64,000 nucleotides of DNA from assembly GCF_001949145.1 (NCBI RefSeq), contig NW_019091358.1, positions 1,808,240-1,872,239 on the forward strand, written 5' to 3'. The first letter of the stretch is position 1, and every line of letters begins with the position of its first letter. The DNA comes from Acanthaster planci. Lineage: Eukaryota. Under the pieces are notes generated by a model. That model did not search any database and was not told the origin of the DNA. It saw only the letters and a program-made list of their open reading frames with translations. Made by a program: the position numbers and the translations under genes. This document shows positions 1 to 13,522 of this stretch, piece after piece.

Positions 1-188
1 CACTCTACAAGCTCCCAGGTAAGATTGACCAGAATTAGGTCCTGTTCGGCGTGAACCTTTTCTGGGGCAAATGTGACCCGTTTCCGAGTCACACTTGACC
101 CTTTCTGGGTCATGAATTGACCCGGGAAAGGGTCATTCCGAATGCAATTAAATTCTGGGTCAATCTGACCCGGGAGTTTTAGACTGCA
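1..188. mobile_element. Short palindromic MITE-like element (may be cut by the window edge)
   Basis: Bases 1-36 (cactctacaagctcccaggtaagattgaccagaatt) are an imperfect reverse complement of ~151-188 (aattctgggtcaatctgacccgggagttttagactgca). The interior repeats tgaccc/gggtca motifs. Confidence 0.6.
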
Positions 189-1121
189 CAAGTGAGTGAA
201 CACCGCCATCCCCATCCCCCCACACGCCCTTGGTTTTATACCTGTGCCCTATCAGGTCGGCGCATATCCCATATTTCATGAATGTCCCTTTATTCATGAA
301 TATGGGCAACCCAGTGTCAGCCTAAGTAATCTTGCTCTCTTCTTGGAAGAAAAATAAGAAACAAACCCTAAAAATGGATCCACCAGTAAGTTTTATTCAT
401 ATTTACTCACTTGACTAAACAAAACATTAACATTTTGAAACTTCAAATATAAGCGAAGGGTCTTATCTGCACCCCTGAAGCACTTTACTGAGTCAATTTT
501 TAATAACATCGCGTGACACATTAAAATCACATATTAGACAATAGAGGGCGAGAAAATAGATGAGACGAGGACTTCGGAATTTTTTGGAGGACTCACGACA
601 TAGACTCTTTAGTATTTGTGCTAGAAAATTCGCCGAAAAGGGGGTCCCTTATTTCTTTTACACATAAACATAATATAACAGAATTAATTTCTGGGGTCTT
701 TGCAAAATTTAAACACGGACAAACAATTCAAGTGACGCGGGCTGTTCAAAATCGCCCGCGTCCGAAAAACATTCACTGACAGATGAGAGCGTAGAAATCA
801 GACTGCGTAGATTTAAGGGGCCTGACGATACTAATAAATGACGGTAAAAAGATGATCACTGTCATGGATTCTCTTGGCTGCACGTGCAGGCAATACGGGG
901 CTGAGATTCCAAGACACTGCTGTGATGTTGAAGTTGCGTTTTCACACTATTAGGTGTGAACTGAAATCAGAGTTTGGTTTCAGTGTCTGGCAAATTACCT
1001 ACAAGGCGTGTCGTCACCTTTTACCTGCATGTGCCCTTTTTCAAGCAAGCTGATTTTTTTGGTAACTTAACGTCCCTTAGGCCACTCACTGTAAAAACCA
1101 ACGAATCTGACTAGACAATAA

Positions 1122-1801
1122 GGCGCCGTTCATAAAGTACGTACGCACGAAATGCCGACTTTTCAGACCCTCTCCCCGTGTACGGATGGCCTACGCAGTG
1201 GCTCAACTCCCCTCCTCTCCTGTACGCATTCCACATATCTTTTCACCTCTCAGGGTACCTTGCTTTAGCAGTATTAAATGTCACAGTACATCTACTGTAG
1301 TACTGTTATTCGCACGTTGTTTGCTTCCAAATTCTGAAATAAATGACCAAAGTAATAACGGGTTTTTATATCGGCATTTCTTTATTAATGGCCCTGGAAA
1401 AAATTTACTTGGCAGCTTAAGAAAAGGTGTTGTTAAACTTTATGCTTAAATAAAGCAAGGAAAAATAATGTTTTGCACCTATTAAAACATTAACAACATG
1501 TATTAAAACATGCTCAGGTTTCCGAGCGGTTTACTAATAATGGGTGCTGCAACGAGACGATAAACGGTGGGGTTGACGGTGGAGGATACTGTGTTTGAAT
1601 AGGTTTTCGACTCACAAAGGCTGATTCTGGTAGTTATTTGTATGAGAAAGTGTACTGATATGATGAAGATTCAACAAATTTTCGGTTTGTGTACGATATG
1701 CACTGGCTTGAACCCCCTCCCCCTCTGTACGCATGGTGTACGCAACGGCACCGACCCCGTCCCTTCCCCTTTGTCATGGGTACGTACTTTACGGACGGCG
1801 C
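1122..1801. mobile_element. Non-autonomous PIF/Harbinger-type MITE
   Basis: TIRs ggcgccgttcataaagtacgtac (1122) and gtacgtactttacggacggcgc (ending 1801), flanked by TAA on both sides (1119-1121, 1802-1804), the typical TWA target duplication of this superfamily. Subterminal cccctc..tgtacgca repeats; no transposase ORF. Confidence 0.7.
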
Positions 1802-3249
1802 TAAGTGGAGAAAATAGGGACTTGGCGACTATACTCTCATGGTCGTTAGTCACATTCATTTGTATTATTTGCATGCGCATGGGAGCTTTTAATAATTTAC
1901 GTACAAGGTTTCAGGACCACAACGTCGGTTCCATTGAAAATGAACGCTCTTTTGATGACGTTCCGAATCTGCCAACAATGTTAAAATCGCGCTTAAAGTG
2001 TAAACCAACTTCAACAGGTTTTACCCACATTCCAAATGTACTTTAGTTCAAGGTAAACTCTAAAAGGGTACAACAAACCTTACATAATACCTTAGCCATG
2101 GATACAATATATATAAACTCACGCAACACAACAAAAACTCTAAAGTCACTCTAAAATGAGTAGCTATAAACATGGGCCTTAACTAAATGCAGGGATCGCT
2201 CCTACGGATATGAGTGTGGATACCCCAAGGGAAATGCTCAGTAAATTAATTTCAAGACTCACAATTTGAATATAAAACATAAGATGCAATGGACAATGTC
2301 TTCCCTGGATATCTTCAAAACAGCGCCCTCAGTTGTCCAGGAAAGTAGGGATGAACATAGTGTTTAAAAACATTCTTTTCAGTACATTTAACGAAATGGG
2401 ACTGAAAAGAGTATCAGACAATGAAGAAGAGTACAAAGTTGTCGAAAAACGTGTCTAAGAAAAATTCTCTGCGCCTGCCCTTTAACCACATGGCCAAATG
2501 AGTGCCATTATAGTTTGACACTAGTGAGCAGGGGTTCATTGTGTCCGTGCTATTGATCTTAAGTGCTGAATAACAAACTCATTTGTTTAATATTCTACAT
2601 TTTGGATGCCTAGCAACCGGTGGAAGCATTTTCTTTCCAAGGTTTTGACAATTCGAAGTACTGGAGTGGCAAGTCTTTGATAAAGCTCATTCGCTTTTCT
2701 GAAAATCTATCCCACTTAAACTCATCCATACCTCAATTCCTGGACCAACCTACCGGTTAAGGGATGCAGTAAGTAATGATGACTCGATCAGAGATATTAT
2801 ATGCAGTTAAAGATAAATCTTGATGATGATATGGGTACCTTTTGCAACAGAAAGACAATTACAAAATCTTCTAAATTCAGTGCTGTGAAACACATTAAAA
2901 CATTTTGACTTCATACAGTAAAAAAAAAGTGTTTTATTTTGGTTTTTTCCGTTTTGTTTTAGGAGGTAAAGTTAGCAAATTTCCGATATTACAATGATAG
3001 TGCGGTTATATAAATTCTGATTTAATTATTATTTGTCTATTAAATTATTTTGTTGTCGCGTGCTTACGTATTTTTACTATTTTTAACAGATTCATAGTAT
3101 TTTTCAAGAATTTCACCCCGTTAAAAATATGTAGATTTGGTGTAGATATCTTTGTTGTCTTCGATCTTTTTCTGAACGACTTTTATTTCTCACCAATTCT
3201 ATTCTTTTCTGCTTTTTTTATTCAAAAGCAATTATATCTATTTAAATAG

Positions 3250-3355
3250 ATCAGCTGCTTCTCTTTTCAAGAGCGGCTTTTCTTTCAAGAGTGGCTATTT
3301 GTAGTTTCGAAAGCGGCTACTTTAATATCTAGAGCAGCTACGTATATTTTCTAGA
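3250..3355. repeat. Degenerate ~20-bp tandem repeat (x-agagcggctact-x)
   Basis: Successive units tcaagagcggctt, tcaagagtggcta, tcgaaagcggcta, ctagagcagcta. Confidence 0.45.
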
Positions 3356-6300
3356 TGCCAAGGAAGCATATCGCAAAGATGACGAGAAATTGGCATGCAT
3401 CGCCAAAATATCACACAGACATCGTTGATGTTGTATATATTTCAGAGACTGGCCGCCAAATACCTCGAGGCAACTTTACGGTTACAAGTAGATGCACATG
3501 AGATGCCTTAACCAGGACTCTTTACTCGACCCAGAGGGAAACAGCAAAGATGACGGCGGCTACATACAAATCCCAAACTTTGTGTGGCACCTGAACCCTA
3601 CTGACAAATTAAAAGCTTTACGGGGATTGTATGAACAGATGTATTGACGGATATTTGAGGGCAGCTTCCTATGCTTAAAACCCTTGTGACAAATATTTTA
3701 AAAGTGACCCTGGTGATATTGCGGTGGTTTTTTTTTTCGGGAAATTGAAATACAAAGCATATTGTCCTAGACTACTTCGTGCGACGCTGGAACAGAACAC
3801 AGTTACGTTTGACAGACGCAACAGTTTTTGAAAAGAAACTCTCAAGATACCCAGGCTAGGCGTCCACACAAAGTAAGTGCTTCTGGAAAACAAAATGTCC
3901 GTTTATGGAAATGTAAAATAGCTGCTCTTCAAAATAAAATGTAAAAATATGTAAATCTGCGTTGACAATAGTGGGCTATCATAAGAAATAAATAGTGCCG
4001 TTAAAAGGGTTTTAATGTATAGTATGCGTTTCCTTTTGCTAATGATTGATTTGTGCACCATGCAGGTAAAATAAACTAGTGTCTTCATTAATTGCGACTC
4101 AGTCTGTGGATGATGACTGACATATCAAAAGCAATGACAAGTGTTTGCTTTGCTAGATAACCTTAGCACGGAGACTGGACTCCCATTGTGGATTTATCGC
4201 ACAGCGGCAACCTACAGCTGTACAGACATCCACATAGTGCAGTCAAAGTGTTCAGCAGGTATTTTGTACTTTTTTTCATTTGAGAGTATGAATGAAACAA
4301 CGGGTGAAAGAGACTTTTAATTGTCAAAGCCTGTGGTTTTAGAGGACCGACTGGATAAAACGGTTTTTTGTCGAATCCTCCAGTTTCATAACAACTGTCA
4401 ATTACTTTAGTCACGTGATTAAACCAAGAAAAAAAAGCTTGTTAAAATAAATTATACACAACCAAAATGCCTTCATTGTATTCCGGTCCAAAGTTCAATC
4501 AACCAAAAAGGTATATCCGGATTCAAAAAGGTACGTTTCGTCTAGGCCCCTGGTTGAATAAAATCAAGGAATGCGGGCGCAAACCTAGAAACTAAAAACT
4601 CCTTCAAAATTGGTCTGTCTGAATCCTGTAGAACAACCTTTAATTGAATGAAGTGGTAAGAAGAGGACACAGGAGAGGAGATTGAAAGCATGGCATCGTC
4701 GGGTAAGTTGCATATGTAATGTTTCCGGTTGGCCTGGGTCTGTAAATGAGTACGTGAAGATATTAAATTTAAAATCCCCACATATAGCGTAGAACAACTG
4801 CAGCGTGCCCGTTAAACAGAATCCACATCAGAGGTATATGTATTTAGCACTAGTGTGTATGCCCTTAAAGGACCTTTGTAAACGTATCCCATTTTACATT
4901 TTTCTGTCATTTTATCTTTACGCTGATACAAGATTGCACAAATAGGAAGGAACAACATGTTCCAGTTATTTCAGCACACAAATTTGCTACAATATAACAT
5001 GTTCCGAAATGTCTAAGTTAAAAACGATAGCCCGAGATTTTTGGTGGCCGATTACCGGTAAGGGATCGTTCTCCTCGTATGTCCACAACTGTGGTGGCAG
5101 TGATGCGTTTGTGATGTAGTCTGGCTATTCTACAGGATCTAGAAGTATGTACATAAATCCTGTCGCGATAAATAACTAGAAGCACAAAGTTTATCTCTCA
5201 ACATCACGAAAGTATTCATCAAGCAACATGCAAAATGGGAGCCTGACAACTGGAGGGAGGGAAATCGGTACTAAGGGCCTTCACAGGATCAGATTTGCTC
5301 TTCAGCCCGCTAAAATGTAGCTTCAATTATTTAGTTCTTCGAAATGGTAACTGAATTGAGTTGCACAGAAACTGTAATCAGGGTCTTTCACAATTATTTT
5401 CTATCAATTAATAACTTTGTAAAAGAGAGCTTCTGGATAGGTTTCACTACAAATGATAGTTTCAATAAAGAAATAATTTTGTTTTGGACATACATTTTTA
5501 ATGAAGACATTTATCTTGAGCGTACCTGATAAATTTCAACCCATCTTGAATGTTGGTGTAATAGTCCATGCACTCTTACGATTTCCGCTTCGGCACATCG
5601 ATTAATTGTTATTTTCGAAATGTTGGACCGAACATTTGATCACCATATTTATGAAGCATAGCCTTTTTCAGTCAACCAAAATAAAACCTTTGGTATCGTC
5701 TTGCTATGGCAACTTTCACACAACACGGGCGGGGAAAGGGGACAATGCTGGGGAAAGCCCATATAGCAATTTAAAAAAACACGCAGGGGAATTCGGGCAC
5801 GCGAGTGTTACTATTGATAATTTTTTTCCACGTAAAGACCCTGGCGTTCTGTTAGATGTTTTGCCTTTTTGAGGTATGACAACGTGCAAATTCATTTATA
5901 GCGAAGTTTTACCATACCTAGGTGTATCCGACATTTATTTCTCGATAAATCACAGGCCTTGTCTACAAACCAGCAATTGTTTTTCCACACAGCAAAAAGC
6001 GACCACCAATCAGGTGCTGTTGCGGCAATTCCTACAGGCTTATTGAATTAACAGACATAATTCGTCCCTTTCTACTCTAATTTAATCAACCTCCTTTCAC
6101 TCCATGAACATTAGGCTACCTGTGTATTTCTCTCTACTCGCCCACTCTTCCATTTTCCGTTCGTCCTTCACTGCAGTTGTTTTGCTATCTCTCCAATTAG
6201 AGTCTAGGAGTTTTTATTTTAGCAGTATGTTTAATTTATCAACAGATAGTGCGTGTTAATGAGACTCTGCATATATAGTATCATAATCTACAAAGCAAAA

Positions 6301-6619
6301 CAAAATTAGAACGAAAAGTCACGTTATCATTACAATCAGAGTCAAGATTGATGGATTTGATATTATTCTTCAGTCTCTCAGGAATGACGCTTTTACTTTG
6401 TTTAAAAATTAATCTCACGACCACCCTTCTTGCTCTGAAATAACAAAAATTGATTGTCATTTTATTTAATTTGGATCTAAAATTCTGCTTGGAGAAATGT
6501 ACTTTTTACAGCCTCATTGCTTTATAATAAGAGAACACGGAGAACTGTTTCATTTAATTCTCCATATTGGTATCGCCAACTCGGCTTTGATTCGCTCGTA
6601 TATATCCTGCTATGGCTTG

Positions 6620-7012
6620 CAATTAAGCGACCAATTTGCTTAGCTATTTGATGAAGGCACAGCGAAACTCACTGCTTCGGAAAGCGTACGTTACGGGGTT
6701 TATGGCCGAATGCTAAAAAAGAACGGGGAAACATAATGTCCCACAAATGAATAGACCATTCACTGGGAACACTGCATCAGCTAAAGTAATACACACGACA
6801 GGCACGACATGTCGAATACAACAGCCATTTTTAAATCGTTTTTAGAGCGTGGGCAAAATATCGCTCCCCTCATTGGTTGAAAAACCGGCCTGTTTTCGGC
6901 AGTGATGCGTTTGTTATGTTGTCTAACTACCAGGAATATCTTAATGTACATGAACCAAGTGAAGCCAACAGTGATAATAGCAACACCAGCTTTCCCAACA
7001 AGTCGGTAACGG
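6620..7012 (-). pseudogene. Decayed class A GPCR fragment (TM5 to helix 8), paralog of the two intact receptors
   Basis: Minus strand reads YRLVG..FMYIKIFLVVRQHNKRITAENR, then after frameshifts SAINPVTYAFRSSEFRCAFIK*LSK. The DNA aligns by eye with 18600-18990. It has an in-frame TAG and frameshifts, and no TM1-TM4 is seen upstream. Confidence 0.85.
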
Positions 7013-9506
7013 AGTTCCTGCATGCCACTGGAGTGTAGATTGTGGATAATGAGGAATGCCCTTGTTCATAACCTGCAGTAGAGCTGACAAATAAACATCA
7101 AAAAACAAACGCACACAAAATTATGGCGACTGAAATGGAAATTTATCGAAACTCAATTCCCTTTTCAAATTCATGCTTGATATGAGATAAGCTCAACGGT
7201 GACTTAGAAAATTAAAAATCCTGTCTGAATGTCGGAATATCAGACTACCAAATATCGGACTGTTTACTTGGGTGATGTTTTATTGAGACGTCACTGCAAG
7301 ACCGCCGGGAACCATGACAGAATAAAAAGGTCTCGAGTTTTTTCGAGAAAAAAAAGTAGGCCTAGGCCTACTTGTAGTACTCGCCAAAGCTAAATTCGTT
7401 TTTCTTGGGACTCAGGCTGAAAAATCGCAAAATCACGTTTCGTGCTGCTCTGATTCATCATGCTGATTTAAGTTCGACTGGGCTTTTTGAATTGAGGTCG
7501 ACGTTCGGCCGTGCTGAAGTCGCGCTCAATTCAATTGTATTCGACAAGGAATAAACACGACGTTTCAAACAGGTCTAAAACATCTTGTAGACTGTAGTGA
7601 TCTGACACACGGCAGCCTCTGAAGTAATAGTCAATGGAAAAAAACTGTATAAGTTGTTGCCTCTAGAGATGAATTATCAAATATATATGAAATCACATCC
7701 AGAGACGTCTAAAATGTTTAGATCAAATTCGACAAAACCCTGTGTGTATTATATCACCTGCAACGAGCGAGTAGGGCCAAGATAGAGTTCGTTGATTCAG
7801 AATGAATCCTGCCATGATGTAGATATCTACACCGGTACGCAAATATTATGAGTTGACTGAAAATGTTTCAACGTCAGGCCTCATAAACTTTTAAACGACA
7901 CAACTAAGGTCGACGAATATATCGCCAAGAGATATACCGTGTACACCCGTCTTCTCTGCCTGAAGGACAGCAAGAGAGGACAGACGTGAATGGGCAATTA
8001 GAGAAACAGGAAGCTCGCCACTGGCAATTCTTTGTAACTACTTATTGTTCCTGCAGTGGTGCCCCACTCGGTATTAAAACAAGCCTGCGTGTCGGGGCAA
8101 ACGGACCTCTTCGTTTAACAACCAGTGTAATTGCTCGCACTTCAAGAAAACATTACACAATGTAAGCACTAACAAGTAGGTCGTCATGAAAACGATATAA
8201 CATTTTTTTGTTGGTACTGACAATCTGAAGAGCGTAATATCTTGATTGATATGGTGTATGCATATCAGGCTAATAACTTTTGATATTGACTCAGACAAAG
8301 GACAAACCACGTCAAACCACAGGGAAGCAATTTTCAGACCCACTTTTTCAACTCAAAATTAATGCATAGTGGTCATGTAGTCGTGGTTTAGGTTCATGTT
8401 TCATATTTCCCATGTTGTGCTGCAACCATACAAAAGAGCTAAGATCTTCGGTAGGTATAACTAATTTTTCAGTCTAATTTGTAGAAACAAAATCTGCAGG
8501 ATTGAGTAATCAATCAAACAAATAATCATTAATTTATTTTAAAATTGTAATTACGTGAAAGATCTCTTATAATCTATGTGACGTACGTATTAGGACGTCA
8601 GTCTTGAATATATCCATGGAATTTCGTTTCTGTCTAAAAATTATTGGTACAGGGTCATTCATACGTACTCTTACACAAGTCAGTCCATGCATAAGTGCAT
8701 GCATAGGAGGAGGTAACGTTTTCCTCGTTCCCGTCTTTGACCAAAACCCACTGTTGCACTTCGTGAGATTGGTAATCCCCGCTCTCTCGAAGCGAAGTTC
8801 ATGATGGAAAGGTATCAGTGAAATAAAACAACATCATGATGGATGATAATGAAACAGAGGTTGCGATTACATTGCATAAAGGGGAAAGCGACTGGGGAGG
8901 CTCCGATTTCGTCCTAGGCTTTGGGTTAATAGTATTTTTTCACACATGGAAAATCGACTGTATGAAAAGTACGTTTTGTAATGCTTCTGCAATTTACAGC
9001 ACACAGCAAAAAACCTGTAACATTTTAACAGTGTTCACTGTAAATGACAGATTCAGCTTAAAATGTATATTAACAAAGAACCAGTTTATGCTTTATAGGA
9101 CTACTTAATTTTCATCGCTTTGGTAATCAAAACTGAAACTTAACCCGAGGAAGTCGAGTCTATGATACCTACAAATGTGACAATTGTGAAACTTAACAAT
9201 GTACATTTACAACAGTCTATCACACGAGGCTACAAAATAGGCAAATCCAAAGGATATTACAAATATTATCCTAGTGCCCGTGGAAATGTTCTCGCAATAT
9301 CTCTCCTGAACGTTTTCAACTTATTGTTTTAAATAGGCCTAGCTCTTACTGGACTTTTACTCGTAAAGTTCACCTATCCATAACACACCCTGTCCGAATA
9401 CCCCAACTGGCAATAGATACATTTATATCTTTAATATCCCTGTTTTAGTATTATCATATCTTATGGAATACCGGGAGTTTATTCTCAAGTGGTAAACTGG
9501 CCCTCG

Positions 9507-10499
9507 CTAGTCCATCTCACAGTCTTGACTTTGGTTTGCTGGTTTTTTAGTAATATTTCTACGTGCAAAAGGAACGAGTTTTCCGAGGAGTTTGAGAAAC
9601 GAAGAGCGAAACTCCTGGCTCCGAAATGCGTACGTTATTGGGTTCATTGCGGAATTGGCGTACAGGACACGAAAGCAGACAAGCTCGCTTATACGGAGAT
9701 CTCTCACCGGGAATAATTGATCTCCCAATGCAACAAAGGAGGCAGGAGTGGTTGCCACAATAAATGTTGAGAAAACAATAGCCAACGTTTTTGCTGCTTT
9801 CAGATCACTCGCCAGCGATCGTTCTCCTGGTCGATTAAAAGCTCTGGATTCAGCGGCAATGCGTCTCTTGTGTTGCACTGCCACACGAAATATTTTGATG
9901 TACATATACCCCATCAGGCTGATTGGAATGAGAAGTCCAAGTACAACTGTAGTGAACCGAAAACTTATTGGATGAATGAACAGCATATCGCAGTAGCCTA
10001 AGTCGTAGGAATCAATGCGGTTCCAGCCAAAAAGAGGCGACAGGGAATATAGTGTACTGGAGCTCCACGCTAAGGCAATAAGCAAAGCCACTCGACGGGG
10101 ATTCATCTGTTGGCCATACTTAAAGGGTTTGGTAATGGCCAGAAAACGGTCGTAGGCAACCACTGTAAGGTGGTTTAGAGACACCAAAAAGCTGGCGACA
10201 CTGAGTACACTGCCTGTGATACAAACCACGGGGGAGACGGTAGGGATCAGTCCCACACCAAAGAGTGCCGCGGTGGGCAAGCAGAAGAAAGCTACAAAGA
10301 GATCGGCCACTGCGAGACTAGCTAAGAACATGTTGGTTGGAGTTTGTAGTCGGCGGTCTGTTGCCACGGAAAGGATGACCAGCGTGTTGCCAAAGATGAT
10401 AGCTAGAAACAAAATAGAATCGACGACCACAAAGACCACCTTACCGGTGGACGAAACGAAGCAACACAAGGGTAACGGTGATTCAGTTGAGTTATCCAT
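9507..10499 (-). CDS. Intronless rhodopsin-like (class A) orphan GPCR, copy A, ~330 aa
   Basis: Seven hydrophobic segments with GN (TM1), LAVAD (TM2), C3.25, DRF (TM3), W4.50, ECL2 Cys, KAAKTL (TM6), NSAMNPITY (TM7) and helix 8 FRSQEFR. N-terminal NST sequon. ATG at 10499; the ORF track starts at the preceding GTG. Confidence 0.95.
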   Translation of the reverse strand: MDNSTESPLPLCCFVSSTGKVVFVVVDSILFLAIIFGNTLVILSVATDRRLQTPTNMFLASLAVADLFVAFFCLPTAALFGVGLIPTVSPVVCITGSVLSVASFLVSLNHLTVVAYDRFLAITKPFKYGQQMNPRRVALLIALAWSSSTLYSLSPLFGWNRIDSYDLGYCDMLFIHPISFRFTTVVLGLLIPISLMGYMYIKIFRVAVQHKRRIAAESRAFNRPGERSLASDLKAAKTLAIVFSTFIVATTPASFVALGDQLFPVRDLRISELVCFRVLYANSAMNPITYAFRSQEFRSSFLKLLGKLVPFARRNITKKPANQSQDCEMD

Positions 10500-11051
10500 C
10501 ACGAATGTCTCTGAATGGTCCTATATACGAATCTGGCCAAAAATTTGAAAATACCGTTTAGAACCTTCTTGAATATGGCTGTGTGTGCTTGATTTCACAA
10601 TGTTAATGACTCCTCCGGGAATCCAAGGACCCAGCATACCTACGTAAAACACCCAAGGCTCTTACATGGATGCGTTTGGGACAAAGGTCTTTTTCGCACG
10701 TTAACATCACGTTGCTTTTAGAATCTCGAGGTACCGTTGCATCCATCTTTGCCATACGGTACGCCACATGAGAGCTCGTTCAAGAATCTCCTCCTGGTGA
10801 TATTTCTCGCCACTCCAATTGTGGTGTCGTAAGAGTGCCAAGATGGATTTTAGCCTCTCCTCCAGAGCTGGTAGGTTGGCGAAGTCATCTATTATAGGTA
10901 GACACACATAGTACATTCAAAATGTTCCTGCATATGGCACCATGAATTCTCAAACCACTTTACGAATTTCTCGTTTCCTCAATGACGAATTCTTTAACGC
11001 CTCTGGAGGTAGAAATAGCCGATAAAGTTCAACACTTAAGCAAACATTTGA

Positions 11052-11099
11052 GCGACCGTTGGTGCGACCATTTGTCAAATTCACTCGTGAATTATTTAA
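11052..11099 (-). promoter_or_regulatory. Candidate promoter block of GPCR copy A, shared with copy B
   Basis: gcgaccg..cgacca..caaattc..cgtgaattatttaa resembles 20014-20069 upstream of copy B. It contains TATA-like TTAAATAA on the minus strand. Confidence 0.4.
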
Positions 11100-12661
11100 A
11101 TCACACGCAGTTCTGTTAGAGTAGCTATGCCGTTTATTACCAGCCAATTGCCCGTACGCTGTCTCTCCCTCGGTATGAATAAGGCACGTTGACTGCAAAT
11201 CAGCCGCTCGGCGCACGTCATCATATTACTGTGTGGAATGTGATATGCCTCCCAACTTGTTAGTCAATATTGGTTCGGCAATGGCTTGATTGAAAACAAT
11301 GGTTGTGCTCACAGAGGTTTGTTGAGAAACGTGCATATTGATTTATCAGACATACAAACATCCGTTATAGAAAGAAAAATGGGAAGAAAGAGAGAACCTT
11401 TTTCATGAAGTCGGCTCAAAAATCAGTGCAAGCGAACTCGTAATTAAGGTTTCATTTAATCAGCTGCGGCATTTTTAATTATAAACCCGTCAAAAAGCTC
11501 AGCTGGAGTGTATTTTGAAGCTGTGGCTACTCTTGCCATTATGCATTTTCACGTGTTAATGATGGATGCATGATTGCTCTGTAGGCCCCTAATTGTGCAT
11601 CTGTTACGGCTTTGTTACCAATATTAACATTTTATCGCACAAGAAAATATAGAAATGCGTGTACACTGTTTTTAATAGAGAGCAAGTATGAAGAAATCGC
11701 AGAAGTATTTAGCAACAATTCTTATATCTGTTCTGGACTCGGCGAGTACTGGTCTCCCGTATCCAGATAGTTAACCATGCACCGTGAGGCCACCAATGTA
11801 CAGATGATTAATGCTGATTAATTTATTCCTTTAATGTGCATACGGTAAACTGTGAATAAACAATCAAAGAGGGATACAGGAAATTACTTTGGCACAGCAA
11901 GGATTAGGCAATACAATGAATTGTAAGATATATAAAGACATAAAAGCACCAGTCAGTAACAAGCATCAGCAGTAGAACATCCGGTAGATGAGAATCCATG
12001 ACAGAATTTTGAATCGAAATGAGATCCACATTAATAAAGATCGGCAGCACCAATGCATACATTGTGCTAAATCTGGTGATAAGAAACATTGACCTCACTC
12101 CTCAAGCCCTCAAAAAAAAAAAAAAAAAACATAACTTACAAAAACGGTGGATCCGAACAACTACAAGTAAAGTTGCCCACTCAGAACATCAAAGGACCAA
12201 AATGCTGTTTAAGAAATCAGAAATTAAAAAATGAGGAAGTACACTCAAAAGGCATGTCTCTACAAGACTGTACACGAGTGATTCGACTTAAACAGAAAAA
12301 TTCCATGAATACGGGGGGCGAAAGCGAATCTACACAAGGGACTAGAGGCAAAAAGAATACGTCCGGGGCGAAATCAAAATAAAGCTTGAATAAGCACCCA
12401 ATCTTAATTACTCTGAAGAAATTGAATATGGCTGGACCAGAAAAATCCAAAGTGGACGGTTCACTAACGTTTGCCCCTATAAAGCCACATCTCTAGAGGG
12501 CGTCAGTACTAGTCAGTCACACAAAGGGGAGGGGGGCACAAGCAACTAAAGTTTGCTGCCATCACAATATCATTCTCAGTGAAAATTAATGCCAAACATT
12601 CCTTGCAAGGTATAAAACAACATCTACTTTCCTGAAGCGGACACAATGAGTTTGTAAAATA

Positions 12662-13522
12662 TAGGTTTTCCCGGTCAATTTCGGAAAATGTGTAAATGAA
12701 TTAATAATGGCAGCATTCGTTTTCGTGCGAAATGGAATGAAAATTCAAATCCCCTTTTGTGTTTAACAAATAAAATTTCAGTTTAAGTGAGGATGCATTC
12801 AGTCGTATAAAGTCAGCATTCAATTTGTTGATATTGCATTGGTTTAGAATGTTGACATTCATTTTTGCACGAAATCGAATGTACCTCTGCAATCCTGCAT
12901 TCATCTTGATTTAAACTCAATCTATTTCGGACAATGTGCAGGCGATTTTGAGCGAAGTGTTATTTAAGGTATGCCTGGCCAAGAATGTATTTGTTTGCGT
13001 GTGAACTGTAACAATGCCACAATCACATAAAAGTTTACACATGGCCTTCTTGCAATGGCTGAACGGGAAGATAATTGGTGTACAGTTTGATAACACACTA
13101 TAATTCTTAATGAGTAACATTTATACATCCATTATCAAAGTGCTGTCATGATTCTGTAACCCTGAATATTTCTAATCAAACTGAACGGAAATTTTGTGAA
13201 TTTGAATTACAGCAAATGAGAATGAATTACTCAATACCGACGCTTTACGGTAATTTAAAAGACAGATTTTCAGTGAATAAGATGGCTCATTGGTTACAAT
13301 TAGCAATAAATAGGCGCCTAGGTCAAATCGAAATCCTAATCACTTACCCGTAACCTCTTAAATGAAACGTAATACTAGTTTATTTGAAGGATGAAAACGA
13401 AGTCGAATGCTCGTATTGTGAAAATGAAACCAGGTTTTAAGTCGCTTTCAAATCCGAGCCAAATTAAATTTTATTTTACGAATTAAACAGTGTATTTTCC
13501 GAAATTGGCCGGGAAAAATCTA
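12662..13522. mobile_element. MITE with ~30-bp TIRs and TA flanks
   Basis: Left end taggttttcccggtcaatttcggaaaat; right end attttccgaaattggccgggaaaaatcta (reverse complement). TA at 12660-61 and 13523-24. No ORF. Confidence 0.7.

Noticed and set aside
4690..4710. Possible micro first exon ATGgcatcgtcgg|gtaagt
   Set aside because: No downstream plus-strand exons could be linked to it.
9489..10548. Plus-strand ORFs overlapping GPCR A (9489-9716, 9748-9975, 10216-10548)
   Set aside because: Antisense shadows of a real coding sequence; no domain features.
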